Assembly (NCBI RefSeq): GCF_004010195.1
Contig: NC_057719.1
Location: 61,085,365 to 61,149,364, forward strand
Origin: Chiloscyllium plagiosum
Lineage: Eukaryota
DNA length: 64,000 bases
Direction: 5' to 3'
The notes under the pieces were generated by a model. That model did no database searches. It saw only the letters and a program-made list of their open reading frames with translations, and was not told the origin of the DNA. Made by a program: the position numbers and the translations under genes. Positions 50,701 to 63,045 of the stretch are shown here, in pieces; within the stretch, counting starts at the first letter, position 1; the number at the start of each line of letters is the position of its first letter.

Positions 50701-51243
50701 CTTGCTGCTAATATTATAATAAAAGCAGGCCACGCCACATAAAAACATAAACAGAGCTGCAGTAGACATTTTGGACCTTTGAGCCTTCTCCATTATTCAA
50801 TAAGATTATAACTGAACTCAACACCACTTTCATGCATTAGCCTTTATTGTCACATGCACTCAAATGAATGCAGTGAAAAGTTTATAATGTCGCTTCTCGA
50901 CACCATCTTAGGTACAGGATGCCTAAGTACAGATACTTTAAGTACTGTTAAAGAATTGAAACATTATTAAAATGAACAGAATGAGTATAAAGTGTCTCTT
51001 TCAAGTACTCAAGTTATAGTTCTTTTTCACTGAGTCCGTGCCCGCTGGACTTCAGAACATGAGGCTATGCTGCCTCCAAGCTCTGGCCTCTGTCCAAACT
51101 TACCTCTAGGACTCATATCTGGCCGGCCCATGCTCGCTCTGCTCTGAGCTCTGGCCGCAACTCATTTCCAGGACTCGGGCACGCTCGCTCTGTTGCTGCT
51201 CTGGCCGCAACTCATCTCCTGTGTGAGGCTGGTCTTGGACTCC

Positions 51244-51703
51244 TGTGGAAAATGTGTGGAAGTTGCTTCAGCAGAAGTCATAAGACTCAGCTATCTGGGG
51301 GGGGGGGGAGTGCACGCTAACAATAGACCATGGACGGATGTGGTAGAATGGTTAGACTAGCAGCTGCAATTGTCACGTACAAGGAACTGGATATGATAAA
51401 GATAACCAAATAAGGCAAGAAATAAACATGGGTAGAGGGGTGATAGAATTAGAGTAATGGGAGAAGTAAACAGAGGCTGAGTGAAGCTAGGGCTTGTGAT
51501 AGGCTATGCGGATTAGCAAAATCAACCAATGAGGTAAAAGGGGAAGCACCGAGAGAATCACAGAGAATGTGTAAAAATGCACTGATATTGTTCAACGGTG
51601 TGCCTACTTTGTGGACACCCGCTCTTGCAAGAACATACGAATAAAGACTGCTTCGGAATTTGACTCGGACTAAAATTATTTGGCAGTGATCTTCGTTTCT
51701 CCA
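51244..51703 (+). mobile_element. Probable solo LTR (retrovirus-like)
   Basis: tgtggaaaa...tttctcca termini, ctcc/ttcc flanks, ccaat (~51526), TATA-like tgtaaaaa (~51570) and aataaa (~51640) in LTR order. Confidence 0.55.
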
Positions 51704-52541
51704 TTCCATCCATGTAGGGTACTTTAAGAAGCTAAAAGTTGTGGGGAGGCGGGGAGAAAAACTGCAGCAAGGGAAAAAAAATGAAAGGGAAAGGAGCTGG
51801 CGAGCAAATGAGATCCACCTGAAGCATCTTACTTGCTGCCATCCTAACACTATCCCTGTATTCCATGATCACCTTAGTACCAAATATCTATCAACAATAA
51901 TTAATATATTCAACAACAGAGCATCCACTGCTTCTGGTAGAGAGAATTCCAAAAAGTCACATAAGAGTTCCGTAAAAACATTTCTCCCCGTCTTAGGTCA
52001 TTGCAACTACAATTACCATACCTCCCAATCTAACCCCACTCTGGGACTGCAAACCTTCACTCCAGCTTCCACACAGGAGAAACAGGGATTCTGTAAACTA
52101 GTTTAGAACTTTTATATATTCCAATTTTATCACTTCTCATTTTTCTATCCTCCATGTTATACACATCTAACCTAGTCAATCTCTTTTTACAAGAAAATGC
52201 TGTCAGCACATGAATCAGTATAATGTATTTTCATTTAATGAGTTATAAAAACTTTTCTCATCTACAGTATTCAAATAGTTGACACGAAATTAAAGCATGG
52301 ATCAGTCACCCTGGATTGAACTTTCACTAAAACAGGCAGAAAACAAGGGTCAGACTGAAGTCTGGTCAGAAACCTGCTTCTAATGGAAAGCAGATTAAAA
52401 GTTAAGACAATCTGTTAGTCCCTCTAAAATGCAGGCCCCCATGCCTCACTTTCATTCGAAATTTCCCTTGATTGTATTTCTATCTGCCTGTGACAAATTG
52501 CCACAAAGACTGAGCTGTGACTCTCCCTCAACTCTGTGGTA

Positions 52542-52757
52542 CAGTCTATTTTGATATCACAGAATAGTTCCATTCCTGTGCAATCCTGCATTATAGGAAA
52601 ATTGCATAATAGCACACCATTTAAAACAATGGGATCTGAATCGGAATTGTCATTACAGGTAACAAAAATTTGCATTCTACAAACATTGGTCTAAATTCTT
52701 CAATCACATGATAGCCAATTCACATTGAAGAAACGCATGCTATAGCAGAACTGACTG
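52542..52757. mobile_element. Tigger-type MITE (~215 bp)
   Basis: ta-cagtctattttgatat ... atagcagaactgactg imperfect terminal inverted repeats. No ORF. Confidence 0.55.
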
Positions 52758-54224
52758 GACAATAATTGATCAGTGGGACTACCAATCAATGATGTACAGT
52801 TAGCTGAACAGCAATTCCTGCGGAGCTCATATGAAGAAAGTAATCACATGTCAAATTAAATTTTCTATTGAAGTCTGTTCACACTAACCCTTATCAAAAT
52901 CTGGTTTGGCATGCAAAGAGTATGCAAATATTCATGTTAAAGGACTAGCAATTCAGAAACTTGCCCTACAGATTTCAACTGGGTTCACTTCATATGTCAG
53001 CAGAGTGTGCTTTCTGTGAATCTATCCATTTTTTTCACCAAAGCTGGCTAGTTTCTGGATTGAAATGTTGATACCCTGAAAAATGTCAGCTGGAAGATTC
53101 AAATACAATGAACAAATTTGACACCTGGTAGAAAACTTAGATAAAATCTACTTCAAGAACAGAGAAACAAAACTAATTCAGGTCCAAATTCTGAACCTCC
53201 AATAACTAAAAACTTCAGCAATTTACATTACATTTTAAATTTGATGTGTAACCAGCATTTTATCAAGAAATTTTGCTTCTGGGGAAGAAAACACAATAAA
53301 CCAGTTATATCTCCGGGTTTTTTGTTCGAATGTTGAAAATGCCATTAGAAAATTCGAACAGGAATAGCCCACCCTGCTGTCACAGAGAAAGTGTTTAATT
53401 TATGGCAAGAGTAAATAGTAATTCACTGTAATTTTATCACAGATTAACTTCTATAATGCCTCATATCTCTGCTTGCATATCTTTGTAGATTATGATGAAT
53501 CTGAATCCTACTTTAAGAATATCATTAATTTGAGTCCCACCTTCCCCTCCATTCATTGATGCTATTGTTGACCATTCATATTGCCCATTGACAACCAGTC
53601 TTTAGCTGCCTATGAAACATGCCAAAGATTTGCTTGAACTCAAGACCCAGAATCCAATTCTGTTGTGGTAATTGCCTCCATATTTCCCAACCTAAAGCAA
53701 CATCAGAGAAACACCATTCACATTTCTAGAATATATGGTATTATTGAGACTCTAATTAAAAAAAGTTGGAAAAATTAGACCAGTATCAGTCCTCAGAACG
53801 TATCATTAAAAGAATGCTGCTGTTACAGGCAGTATCCCATGCATAGTCTTGTTTCAATCTTTACATTGTTCACTTAGCTTAAGAAGCTTGAACAGCTCTC
53901 TGCAGACATTTATTGTTAACTTAGATAATGTGTATAAGTTGAGGTGATGTGGCCTTAACAATATTAATTCTTGTGTAATGTAAAGGTCAACCCATACAGA
54001 GATTAAGAAATGCCTTACAAATTATATTGCTAGACTTAAGTTCTGTTGATAGAACACATTAGCTTTTCAGTCAACGTCTACCAAAGTAATGTGAATTTAG
54101 CATCTATTTCTACATTCTGTCGTTGAGAATGTAAACCTTCTAAAGGCATTTTAAGCAATATATCTTGGACAAGCACTTTGTTCTCTTGGAGTTGAAGTGG
54201 CCTCCAATCTATAGCATTATCCTG

Positions 54225-54425
54225 GTAGGAGAAAGTGAGGACTGCAGATGCTGGAGATCAGAGTTGAGAATATGATGCTGTAAAAGCACAGCAGGTCAAG
54301 TACCATCCGAGGAGCAGGAGAATCGACGTTTCGGGCATAACCCCTTCATCAGGAATAAGGCTTGTGGGTCGGGGGGCTGAGATACAAAGGAGAGGGGGAT
54401 GGGGCTGGGGGGAAGGTAACTAGAA
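54225..54425 (-). mobile_element. PLE 3' terminal repeat with hammerhead core
   Basis: Reverse complement of 54321-54356: ttc-ctgatga-agggg-ttat-gccc-gaaac-gtc-gatt. Confidence 0.82.
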
Positions 54426-55031
54426 NNNNNNNNNNNNNNNNNNNNNNNNNNNNNNNNNNNNNNNNNNNNNNNNNNNNNNNNNNNNNNNNNNNNNNNNNNN
54501 NNNNNNNNNNNNNNNNNNNNNNNNNNNNNNNNNNNNNNNNNNNNNNNNNNNNNNNNNNNNNNNNNNNNNNNNNNNNNNNNNNNNNNNNNNNNNNNNNNNN
54601 NNNNNNNNNNNNNNNNNNNNNNNNNNNNNNNNNNNNNNNNNNNNNNNNNNNNNNNNNNNNNNNNNNNNNNNNNNNNNNNNNNNNNNNNNNNNNNNNNNNN
54701 NNNNNNNNNNNNNNNNNNNNNNNNNNNNNNNNNNNNNNNNNNNNNNNNNNNNNNNNNNNNNNNNNNNNNNNNNNNNNNNNNNNNNNNNNNNNNNNNNNNN
54801 NNNNNNNNNNNNNNNNNNNNNNNNNNNNNNNNNNNNNNNNNNNNNNNNNNNNNNNNNNNNNNNNNNNNNNNNNNNNNNNNNNNNNNNNNNNNNNNNNNNN
54901 NNNNNNNNNNNNNNNNNNNNNNNNNNNNNNNNNNNNNNNNNNNNNNNNNNNNNNNNNNNNNNNNNNNNNNNNNNNNNNNNNNNNNNNNNNNNNNNNNNNN
55001 NNNNNNNNNNNNNNNNNNNNNNNNNNNNNNN
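54426..55031. other. Assembly gap
   Basis: Run of N. Confidence 1.
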
Positions 55032-55937
55032 GTAAATCTTTTCTGAACCCTTTCAAGTTTCACAACATCTTTCCGATAGGAAGGAGACCAGAATAGCACG
55101 CGCTACTCTAACAGTGGCCTAACCTATGTCCTGTACAGCCGCAACATGACCTCCCAACTCCTGTACTCAATACTCTGACCAATAAAGGAAAGCATACCAA
55201 ACGCCTTCTTCACTATCCTATCTACCTGCAACTCCACTTTCAAGGAGCTATGAACCTGCACTCCAAGGTCTCTTTGTTCAGTAACACTCCCTAGGACCTT
55301 ACCATTAAGTGTATAAGTCCTGCTAAGATTTACTTTCACAAAATGCAGCACCTCACATTTATCTGAATTAAACTCCATCTGCCACTTCTCAGCCCATTGT
55401 CCCATCTAGTCAAGATCCCACTGTAAAGTGAGGTAACCCTCTTCGCTGACCACTACACCTCCAATTTTGGTGTCATCTGCAAACTTATTAACTGTACCTC
55501 TTATGCTCGCAATCAAATCATTTATGTAAATGACAAAAAGTAGAGGGCCCAGCCCCGATCCTTGTGGCACTCACTGATCACAGGCCTCCAGTCTGAAAAA
55601 CAACCCTCCACCACCACCCTCTGTCTTCTATCTGAGCCAGTTCTGTATCCAAATGGCTAGTTCTCCCTGTATTCCATGAGATCTAACCTTGCTAATCAGT
55701 CTCCCATGGAGAACCTTGTCGAACGCCTTACTGAAGTCCATATAGATCACATCTACTGCTCTCCCCTCATCAATCCACTTTGTTACTTCTTCAAAAGACT
55801 CAATCAAGTTTGTGAGACATGATTTCCCACGCACAATGCCATGTTGACTATCCCGAATTAGTCCTTGTCTTTCCAAATACATGTACATCCTGTCCCTCAG
55901 GATTCCCTCCAACAACTTGCCCACCACTGAGGTCAGG
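55032..55937 (-). mobile_element. Young 5'-truncated CR1 (3' end in the gap), probably inserted into a PLE
   Basis: Closely matches 13143-14050, including 'YMDFSKAFDKV' and 'MGQWAEKWQMEFN'. Confidence 0.95.
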
Positions 55938-55944
55938 CAAATGA

Positions 55945-56545
55945 TCCATAAATTAGCATCCTGTCTCCCTGATGGAGAGAAGACCACATTGGGTGCAACA
56001 GATACAGTACATAACGTGTGTAAAAATACAGGTAAATTTTTGTCGGATGTGGAAGGATCCTTTGGGGCCTTGGACGGAGGTGAGGGAGGAGGTGTGGGTA
56101 CAGGTTTTGCACTTCTTGCATTGGCAGGGATAGGTGCTGGAAGTGGGGTGTGGGCTGGTGGGTCTGACAAGGGAGTCACAGAGGGAATGGTCTCTCCGAA
56201 ACACAGATACGGGTGCGGAGGGAAATATCTCCCTAGTGGTGGGGTCTGTTTGTAGGTGGCGGAAATGGTGGAGGGGGATGCAATATATCCAGAGGTTGGT
56301 GGGATGGTGGTATTCTGTCCTTGTTGTAATTGGAAGGGTGGGGTTCAAGGGTGGAGGTGCAGGAAGTGGACAGGATGTGCTGGAGGGCATCGTTGACCAT
56401 GTGGGAGGGGAAACTGCGGTCTATGAAGAAGGAGGCCATCTGGGCAGTTCTATGGTGGAATTGGTCGTCCTGGGAGCAGATGCGGCAGAGGCGTAGGAAT
56501 TGGGAATAAGGGATGGCATTTTTATAGGAGACTGGGTGGGAGGAC
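55945..56545 (-). mobile_element. PLE body fragment (RT thumb, linker and GIY-YIG start)
   Basis: 'SSHPVSYKNAIPYSQFLRLCRICS', 'PCQCKKCKTC' and 'VMYCICCTQCGLLSIRETG'. Confidence 0.9.
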
Positions 56546-57789
56546 AAGAAATATTCATATGGCCTTTAAATGGTCTTTAAACATAAAAACACGTACGGGA
56601 TCATGTTCATAAGTACAAGGCTCATCAAATGGACGTTAGTAAATCAGGGATCCCCTGTACACCATAGCATAAAAGTCCATAAAAAGTCAGCGATTAATTC
56701 CATATGTAATGACTGCTGAGCGTTGGTCATTAAATGGCGGAGTGTGAAACCTACAGAGTAACAAATGTATGAAAGAAACAAGCAGATTCTTCAGACTCCT
56801 CCACTGTGACAATTGCTCTGCATGTATCCTCTAAATTACTTAAGAGTAATAATTTGTTCATGAAATTGTGTAATTGGCCCAGAATTTGGCAAAAAGCATC
56901 TACAGCATGTTCCAGTACCTAGGCCTCATCCTACACTGTTCAGCTCTTAAATGGTTCAAGCTGAAAACTGCTGCAAATTTGAGGTCGTAACAATGTGATA
57001 AGGGCAATGGAGCACAAGCACCTTAGAGACTAGTGGACTTCCTTAAATTAAGAGATTTAAGGGTTGAGAAAAATACAAAAACTGATGAAATAAACAGAAT
57101 GAATTTAAATTAAATCAAACATAGAAAGATAATGAAGAGAAAGAAAAAAATAACAAAGTAAAAGAGGTCGGAAAGAAAAAGAAGAAAAAAAGAGACATCT
57201 GAAATTTAAAAGCTCCACTAACAATTTATGGCTTACATGAATCAAACTCAAGTTCCAATTATTCCTTTTATCATTCTGAGAAGTTGTCATAAACCTCATC
57301 ATTAAACTGGTCCTTGTGCTGTTAGGTACCAGCCCTCTGTTGCTGCAGTGGGTTTAATTGGTAATTAACTTGTAAATACTGCAATTTCTAAAAACACATA
57401 TGGAGGTCATCAGCAAGGTGCTGTTTTCATAAGTTCAACAGAAGAATGGCACAAATTATGCAGTAATTCAAAGAACATTGCTTCTTTGTCACAAACTGAT
57501 TGACTATTTACACACTAATAATAGTATGCATGTTAAACATAATTATTTTGTCAGAAAATTCAAGGAACTATTACAAAAATTAGTGGAAAATAAATCTTGT
57601 GAATACAAAGTGATAGTATTAATTTTCCATTGTCTTCACTTTCCAGCCCCATCAGCCTCTAGATTGAAAAGATCATTGTTGCCATCTCTAACACTTTGCT
57701 ACCAACTAACATATCATCTGTTTCCCTGACATTTCAGTATTTTAAAGTGACAGGTCCCTTTGCAAAAGCTTGATTCAGCTCTTCAATTA

Positions 57790-58460
57790 CTCAACATCCC
57801 TCCATTTCCAACAGCACCTTTCCTTGCAAGGACAAGAAATACAGTACTTATGTTTTTATGTCCCCTCTTCCAATTGCCAAGCACTCCCTCCAGTTGAAAC
57901 AGCAATTTACTTAAATTTGTTTCTTGCAACTTTCAAAGCTTGCTGCTCATAATGTGGTCTCCTCTACACTGGGAAGCCAAACATAATCTTTTTGCTGAAC
58001 ACCTCTGTTCCATTCTTATGCTTCTAGTTACAATCCACTTTCACTGCTTTCAGCTTTCTATGTTTAGATTAGATTACATTACAGCGTGGAATCAGGCCCT
58101 TCAGCCCAACAAGTCCACACCGACCCGCCGAAATGAAACCCACCTATGCCCCTACATTTACCCCTTACCTAACACTACGGGCAATTTAGCATGGCCAATT
58201 CACCTAACCTGCACATTTTTGGACTGTGGGAGGAAACCGGAGCACCCGGAGGAAACCCACGCAGACACGGGGAGAACATGCAAACTCCAGACAGTCAGTC
58301 GCCTGAGGCAGGAATTGAACCCGGGTCTCAGGCGCTGTGAGGCAGCAGTGCTAACCACTGTGCCACCGTGCCACCCCTCTCATGAAACTCACCGGAAACT
58401 AGAGAAATATTACATCATTCTACTTCATGCAACGTAAAGTTCAACAATTTAAGATCATAA
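57790..58460 (+). mobile_element. Old PLE GIY-YIG relic hosting a V-SINE
   Basis: 'CS*CGLLYTG'-like tgtggtctcctctacactggg at ~57953. Confidence 0.5.
58064..58376 (-). mobile_element. V-SINE (HE1-like), full length
   Basis: Reverse complement closely matches 5811-6126. Confidence 0.92.
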
Positions 58461-58984
58461 ACACTGTTTCAACATTTTCTCAAAAATAATTCTGTTCGTA
58501 ATTTACAGGATCCCTGCATCTTTTGTCCCTTTATTTGAGTATTTGCTTTTAGAGAATAGAACAGGAAGATGTGACACTGATGTGCTTCTGCAGAAGATGA
58601 CAGAACAAATAAGCTTTCAAATAAAAATTAAGGCCTGTAAACATTCAACAGCAACTGTGAAGACAGACACAGTTAGTTTCAGGTGAATGATCTTTCATGT
58701 GCTCTAATTCAAGAACTGTGAGGGGATGCCTGTGAGGAAAAGTTGAACAAGCTTTGGCCTTTCTCTATAGAAATTGGAAGACTGATAGAGGATTTCAGGA
58801 AATGAAAGAGTTTGATAGGGAAGATGAAGAGAAGATGACTGTACTTCTGGGCAAGACCAGAATTTGAGTCCATATGTATAAGATAGTAATTACGACATTG
58901 AATAGGGAATTCAAGAAAATAGTCTTTAACCAAGAAATGGTTAGAATGTTGTACTCATTGAGGACAAGCCAGAAAGATAACATC

Positions 58985-59200
58985 ACAGGTCTGGGTGAAT
59001 CTGTGGAGAGAGAAACAGAGTTAACACTTTGAATCTGATACAAATCTTCAGAACTCACTCTCATCCCTTTGTTTTCAGCCCACTTCTCAAGAAAAGAGTC
59101 ATATCAGAGTTGAAACATTAACACAATTTATCTCTCCTCAGATGCTGCCAGATCTACTCAATTTCATAAGCATTTCCTGTGTTTTTTATTTCAGATTTCA
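58985..59200. mobile_element. Decayed fold-back PLE-derived element
   Basis: tctgtggagagagaaacagagttaac / cattaacacaatttatctctcctcagatgctgcc inverted remnants. Confidence 0.55.
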
Positions 59201-59204
59201 ATGG

Positions 59205-59475
59205 GTGACAAGGTATCTTAGTGTTTGCACTGCTACCTCACAGTGCCAGGGATCCGGGCTCGATTCCACCCTCAAGTGACTGCCTGTGTGGAGTCTGCAC
59301 ATTCTCCCTGTGTCTGGATGGGTTTCTTCCAGGTACTCTGGTTTCTTCCCAAAGTTCAAAGCTGGGAAATGCAGGGTTACAGGTACGGGGTGTAGGATGC
59401 TCTTCGGAGGTTCCATCTGGACCCAATGGGCCGAATGGCCTGCTTCCACACTGTAAGGATGCTATGATTCAATGA
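59205..59475 (+). mobile_element. V-SINE, degenerate
   Basis: gcactgctacctcacagtgccagggatccgggctcgattcc head and V-domain. Confidence 0.8.
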
Positions 59476-60899
59476 TTTTCAGCATTCACAGCATTTTGCT
59501 TTTAATTGAGACATATCTTGATGTGCTTAAATGAAGAGGTGTGAGAATTAAAATCAGAAAATGCTAGAGATACTCAAGCAGATCTAACGCCTTCTGTAAA
59601 GAAAGTCAGATATGGCTTCTTCAGAACTGAAAGGGGCTATAAAATGGTGTTTTTTGTGCTGTTGTCAGGGGGAGCAAGAACAAGTGGAACAGTGGACTAC
59701 AGAAGTACCTGAGTACAATGAAAAAAATGTACAATGTCACTAATCCCTGTGCCATCTTCGGTACAAACCCTTCGGTAAAAAGTGAGTAATGATGGTGGTA
59801 AAGGAAAGATAGAGAGTTCTGAACTGTTTTGCTTTTACAAGAGTAAGGAAGCTTGTATGGAGCAAAAGCACAGGTCTGGACAAGTTGGGCCAAAGGTCTG
59901 TTTCTATGCCATAAATATTTTATAGAAACAGTAAATCTTTGGCACAGATACTGAGTTTATAGATTATAGATGAATGTGAAAAGGCTTGTTACTTTGACAC
60001 AATGAAGATTTGGAATATTATCATCATCTATCACTCAATGTGAGGATGGCATCTACTCAGGCTTTCAGAAAATACAAGGTTGATATAAATTATGATTATG
60101 TATGGTATTAAGAGATGCAGCTGAATTAGGAAGTGGAGGCTGAATGCCTTTGAAATCACTGAACTTTGAATTATTAATGTTAAAATCATAATGGAAGAGT
60201 ATTGTTGCAGTACTAGATTCCCTGTTTTTGTACTTCATGCTTCTATTTATAAAGTTCAGTTTGCTAGAAACGTTATTAACTTCATTCTCAACAGGCTCTG
60301 CCATATTCAATGATTTGGTCTCACTGCTCATATATCCCCCCAGTAATGGTTATTGCAAGTTTATTATGGTATGCAGAATGTATGAGCTGTATGTCTGTAG
60401 GTCCGCATTGTTAACAGGCAATGCATTCAGTTTCAGGTACAAGAAGATAAATGCAGTGCATCCTTGCGCAGAAAGACCACAAAGAAGTCAGCTAGAAAAT
60501 GACAAAACACAGTGATAAAGTCTTCATACATCAAAAACCAGCATAAGAAAGCAACTAAGACAATGGTTTCTGAACATTTTGAGCTGAGCCTCCTTTGAAC
60601 ATTCATGTTTCATCCATAAACTTCTTCCCTTTCCTCGAAGAAAAAGAATTTGGTAATCTCCCATGAAGATAAGACAGTTCATTTTTTGGTCTAAAAACCT
60701 GGGGAAAAATTTTGAAATTTAAAACACAATACTGCTTTTCGTAATATAAGGTTCATGTGATTCAAATGTCAATTGCAACATGGATACCCACTTTCATGCA
60801 GCAATCAGGAGACATCATAAAAGTAACTTTCAATTGAAATACTACAACCTTACATCGCCAGAACAGTGTATTATGATCTAGTGTTTATAAAGATTCAGC

Positions 60900-61800
60900 A
60901 CAGATTCGCTATTTTTATACTTCATGCTTCTATTTATAAAACTCAGCCTGCTAGAAACCTTACTAACTTCATTCTCAACAGGCTCTACCACATTCAATGA
61001 TTTGGTCTCACTGCTCATGTATTCCCTTCAGTAATGGTATACTTGAGTTATCTTAAACTCCTGGTTCTTCCAACCTCTTTCCTCACAGTTTCTATGTAAA
61101 GTCCATCTGTCATGTGCCCACCCATTCCACCAGCCTGTCTGTCCCTATATCCTCAATCCACCTTTCACAACAATACTTCTGAGGTTTGTATTATTGGCAA
61201 ATTTTGAAACTGTATCTAACACCCATATCTAGGTTATAAATATATTTCAGCAGTGCAAGTAGCAATGCGAATAGCAACCTTTGGAGCAACCCAATTCCTT
61301 CCTTCAGTTCAAAAGTAAACCATTGACGATTACTCTCAGTTTTCTGTCATTTAACTGTCTCGACAACCACATTACCACTTTTCCTTTTATTCTGTGAACT
61401 TTAAATTTCCTCACAAGTAAAATCAAATGCCTTCTGGAAGCTCACAGACAACACATCAACCACATTACCCTCATCAGCCTGTTATCTCTTCAAAAAGCTC
61501 AAAAACCTTAATTAAACATGATCTGCTTTTAACAAATGTGAACTGGATTTTCTTGATTAATCCATATTTGTCAAAAATGTCTGTCCGAGATAATTGTTTT
61601 TGAAACCTTTTCCACCTCTCAGGTTAAACTGACTGAAGTACAGTTAGTAGGCTTATCTCCATAAGCTTTTTTAAAGAAAGGTTATGTCTCTAATTCTATA
61701 GTCCTCTAGTTCCCAAATCTAACCAAAGTCTCTCCAATCTTCACTCTTACTTTGCTAAATATCCATGGATACATCTTATTTGGCCTTGGTGACTAATCAA
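60900..61800 (-). mobile_element. Ancient CR1 relic
   Basis: tcaaatgccttctggaag (reverse complement 'FQKAFD') and gttaaactgactga...cagtt ('NCTSVSLT'). Confidence 0.6.
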
Positions 61801-61929
61801 CTTTAAGAACAGTCCTTTTTGGTTGTTCATCAACCTCACTCCTTCTTTTACGCCAGTACCATAAGCCTGGTACATTTCATTCAATTGTTGTTTAATCTGC
61901 CAAAATGGATCAAAATACTGAGAAGCCTA

Positions 61930-62250
61930 GAGACTGGATGTAGCGAAGATCTCTCTGGGAGACACGAGAACCTGAGGGCACAGCCTCAGAATGAAGGGTG
62001 ACCCTTTAAAACTGAGATGAGCAGGTATTCCCTTAGCCAGAGAGTGGTGAATCTGTGGAATTCATTGCTACAGAATGCTGTGGATGCCAAGTCTTTGAGT
62101 GTATTTAAGACAGAGATCGATAGGTTCTTCATTGGTAAGGGGATCAAGAGTTAAGGGAAGGTGGCAGGAGAATGAGCCAAGCTCAAATGGCTAAGTTGAC
62201 CCAGTGAGCTGGATGCCCTTATTCTTCGCCCTCTGTCTGCTGGTCTTATA
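61930..62250 (+). mobile_element. CR1 3' fragment
   Basis: 'SQRVVNLWNSLLQNAVDA.SL.VFK.EIDRFF'. Confidence 0.85.
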
Positions 62251-62399
62251 AAACATGTAGTTTGATAAATATCTGAAATATTAAGAGAATTTAATATAAT
62301 TTTCAGCTAGTTGTGGCATATCTTTAGATGTGCCATAGGAAAAGTGAATGAATCTTAAAGATTTCATAAGGAAACTCTTACAGAGGGCACAGAAATATC

Positions 62400-63045
62400 A
62401 TACAGTCATATTGTCAGAGAGTTAATAGGCATGAAAATAGACTCTTCTGTCCAACTCGTCCATGGCGACCAGATATCCTAAATTAATCTAGTCCCATTTG
62501 CCTGCATTTGGCCTTTAAACCCATCCTATTCATGTACCCATCCCGGTGCTTTTTAGATGTTGCAATTGTATCAGCCTCCATCACTTCCTCTGACAGCTCA
62601 TTCCATACATGCACCACCCTCTGCTTAAAAAGTTGCAGCTTCGGTCCCTTTAAATCTTTCCCCTCTTACCTTAGATCTGTCTCCTCTAGTTTTGGATTCC
62701 CTTATCCTGGGGAAAAGATCATGTCTATACACCCTATCCATGCCCCTCATGTTTTTAACAACCTCTATAAGGTCACCCCCTCAACTTCCAATGCTCCAGA
62801 CAAAATAGCAAAATAGTCCCAGGCTAAACAGCCTCTCCCTATGGATTAAACCCTACAACCCTGGCAACATCCTTGCAAATCTCTTCTGCACCAAGTTAAG
62901 TTTAACAACATTTTTCCTGTAGCAGGGAGACCAAAATTGAATGCAGTATTCCAAAAGTGGCCTCGCCAATGTCCTGTACAGCTGCAAAATGACACCCCAA
63001 TTTCTGTACTCAATGCTTTGACCAATAAAGGTAAGTGTACCAAAC
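62400..63045 (-). mobile_element. CR1 3' fragment
   Basis: Reverse complement of the CR1 end (cagctcattccatacatgcaccaccctctg; gcagtattccaaaagtggcc). Confidence 0.9.

Noticed and set aside
53489..53560. Acceptor followed by 'YDESESYFKNIIN', faintly like M13 peptidases
   Set aside because: An in-frame stop follows, with no donor site and no other matching exons.
54296..55099. ORFs of 235-267 aa
   Set aside because: They span the N gap and join PLE and CR1 sequence.
55628..56179. Apparent fusion ORF joining a Pro-rich segment to CR1 RT
   Set aside because: Chance in-frame junction; the PLE part is read in a non-native frame.
57940..58437. 165-aa ORF with 'LDCGRKPEHPEETHADTGR'
   Set aside because: Antisense translation of the V-SINE core, also seen at 5784-6098 and 39171-39512.
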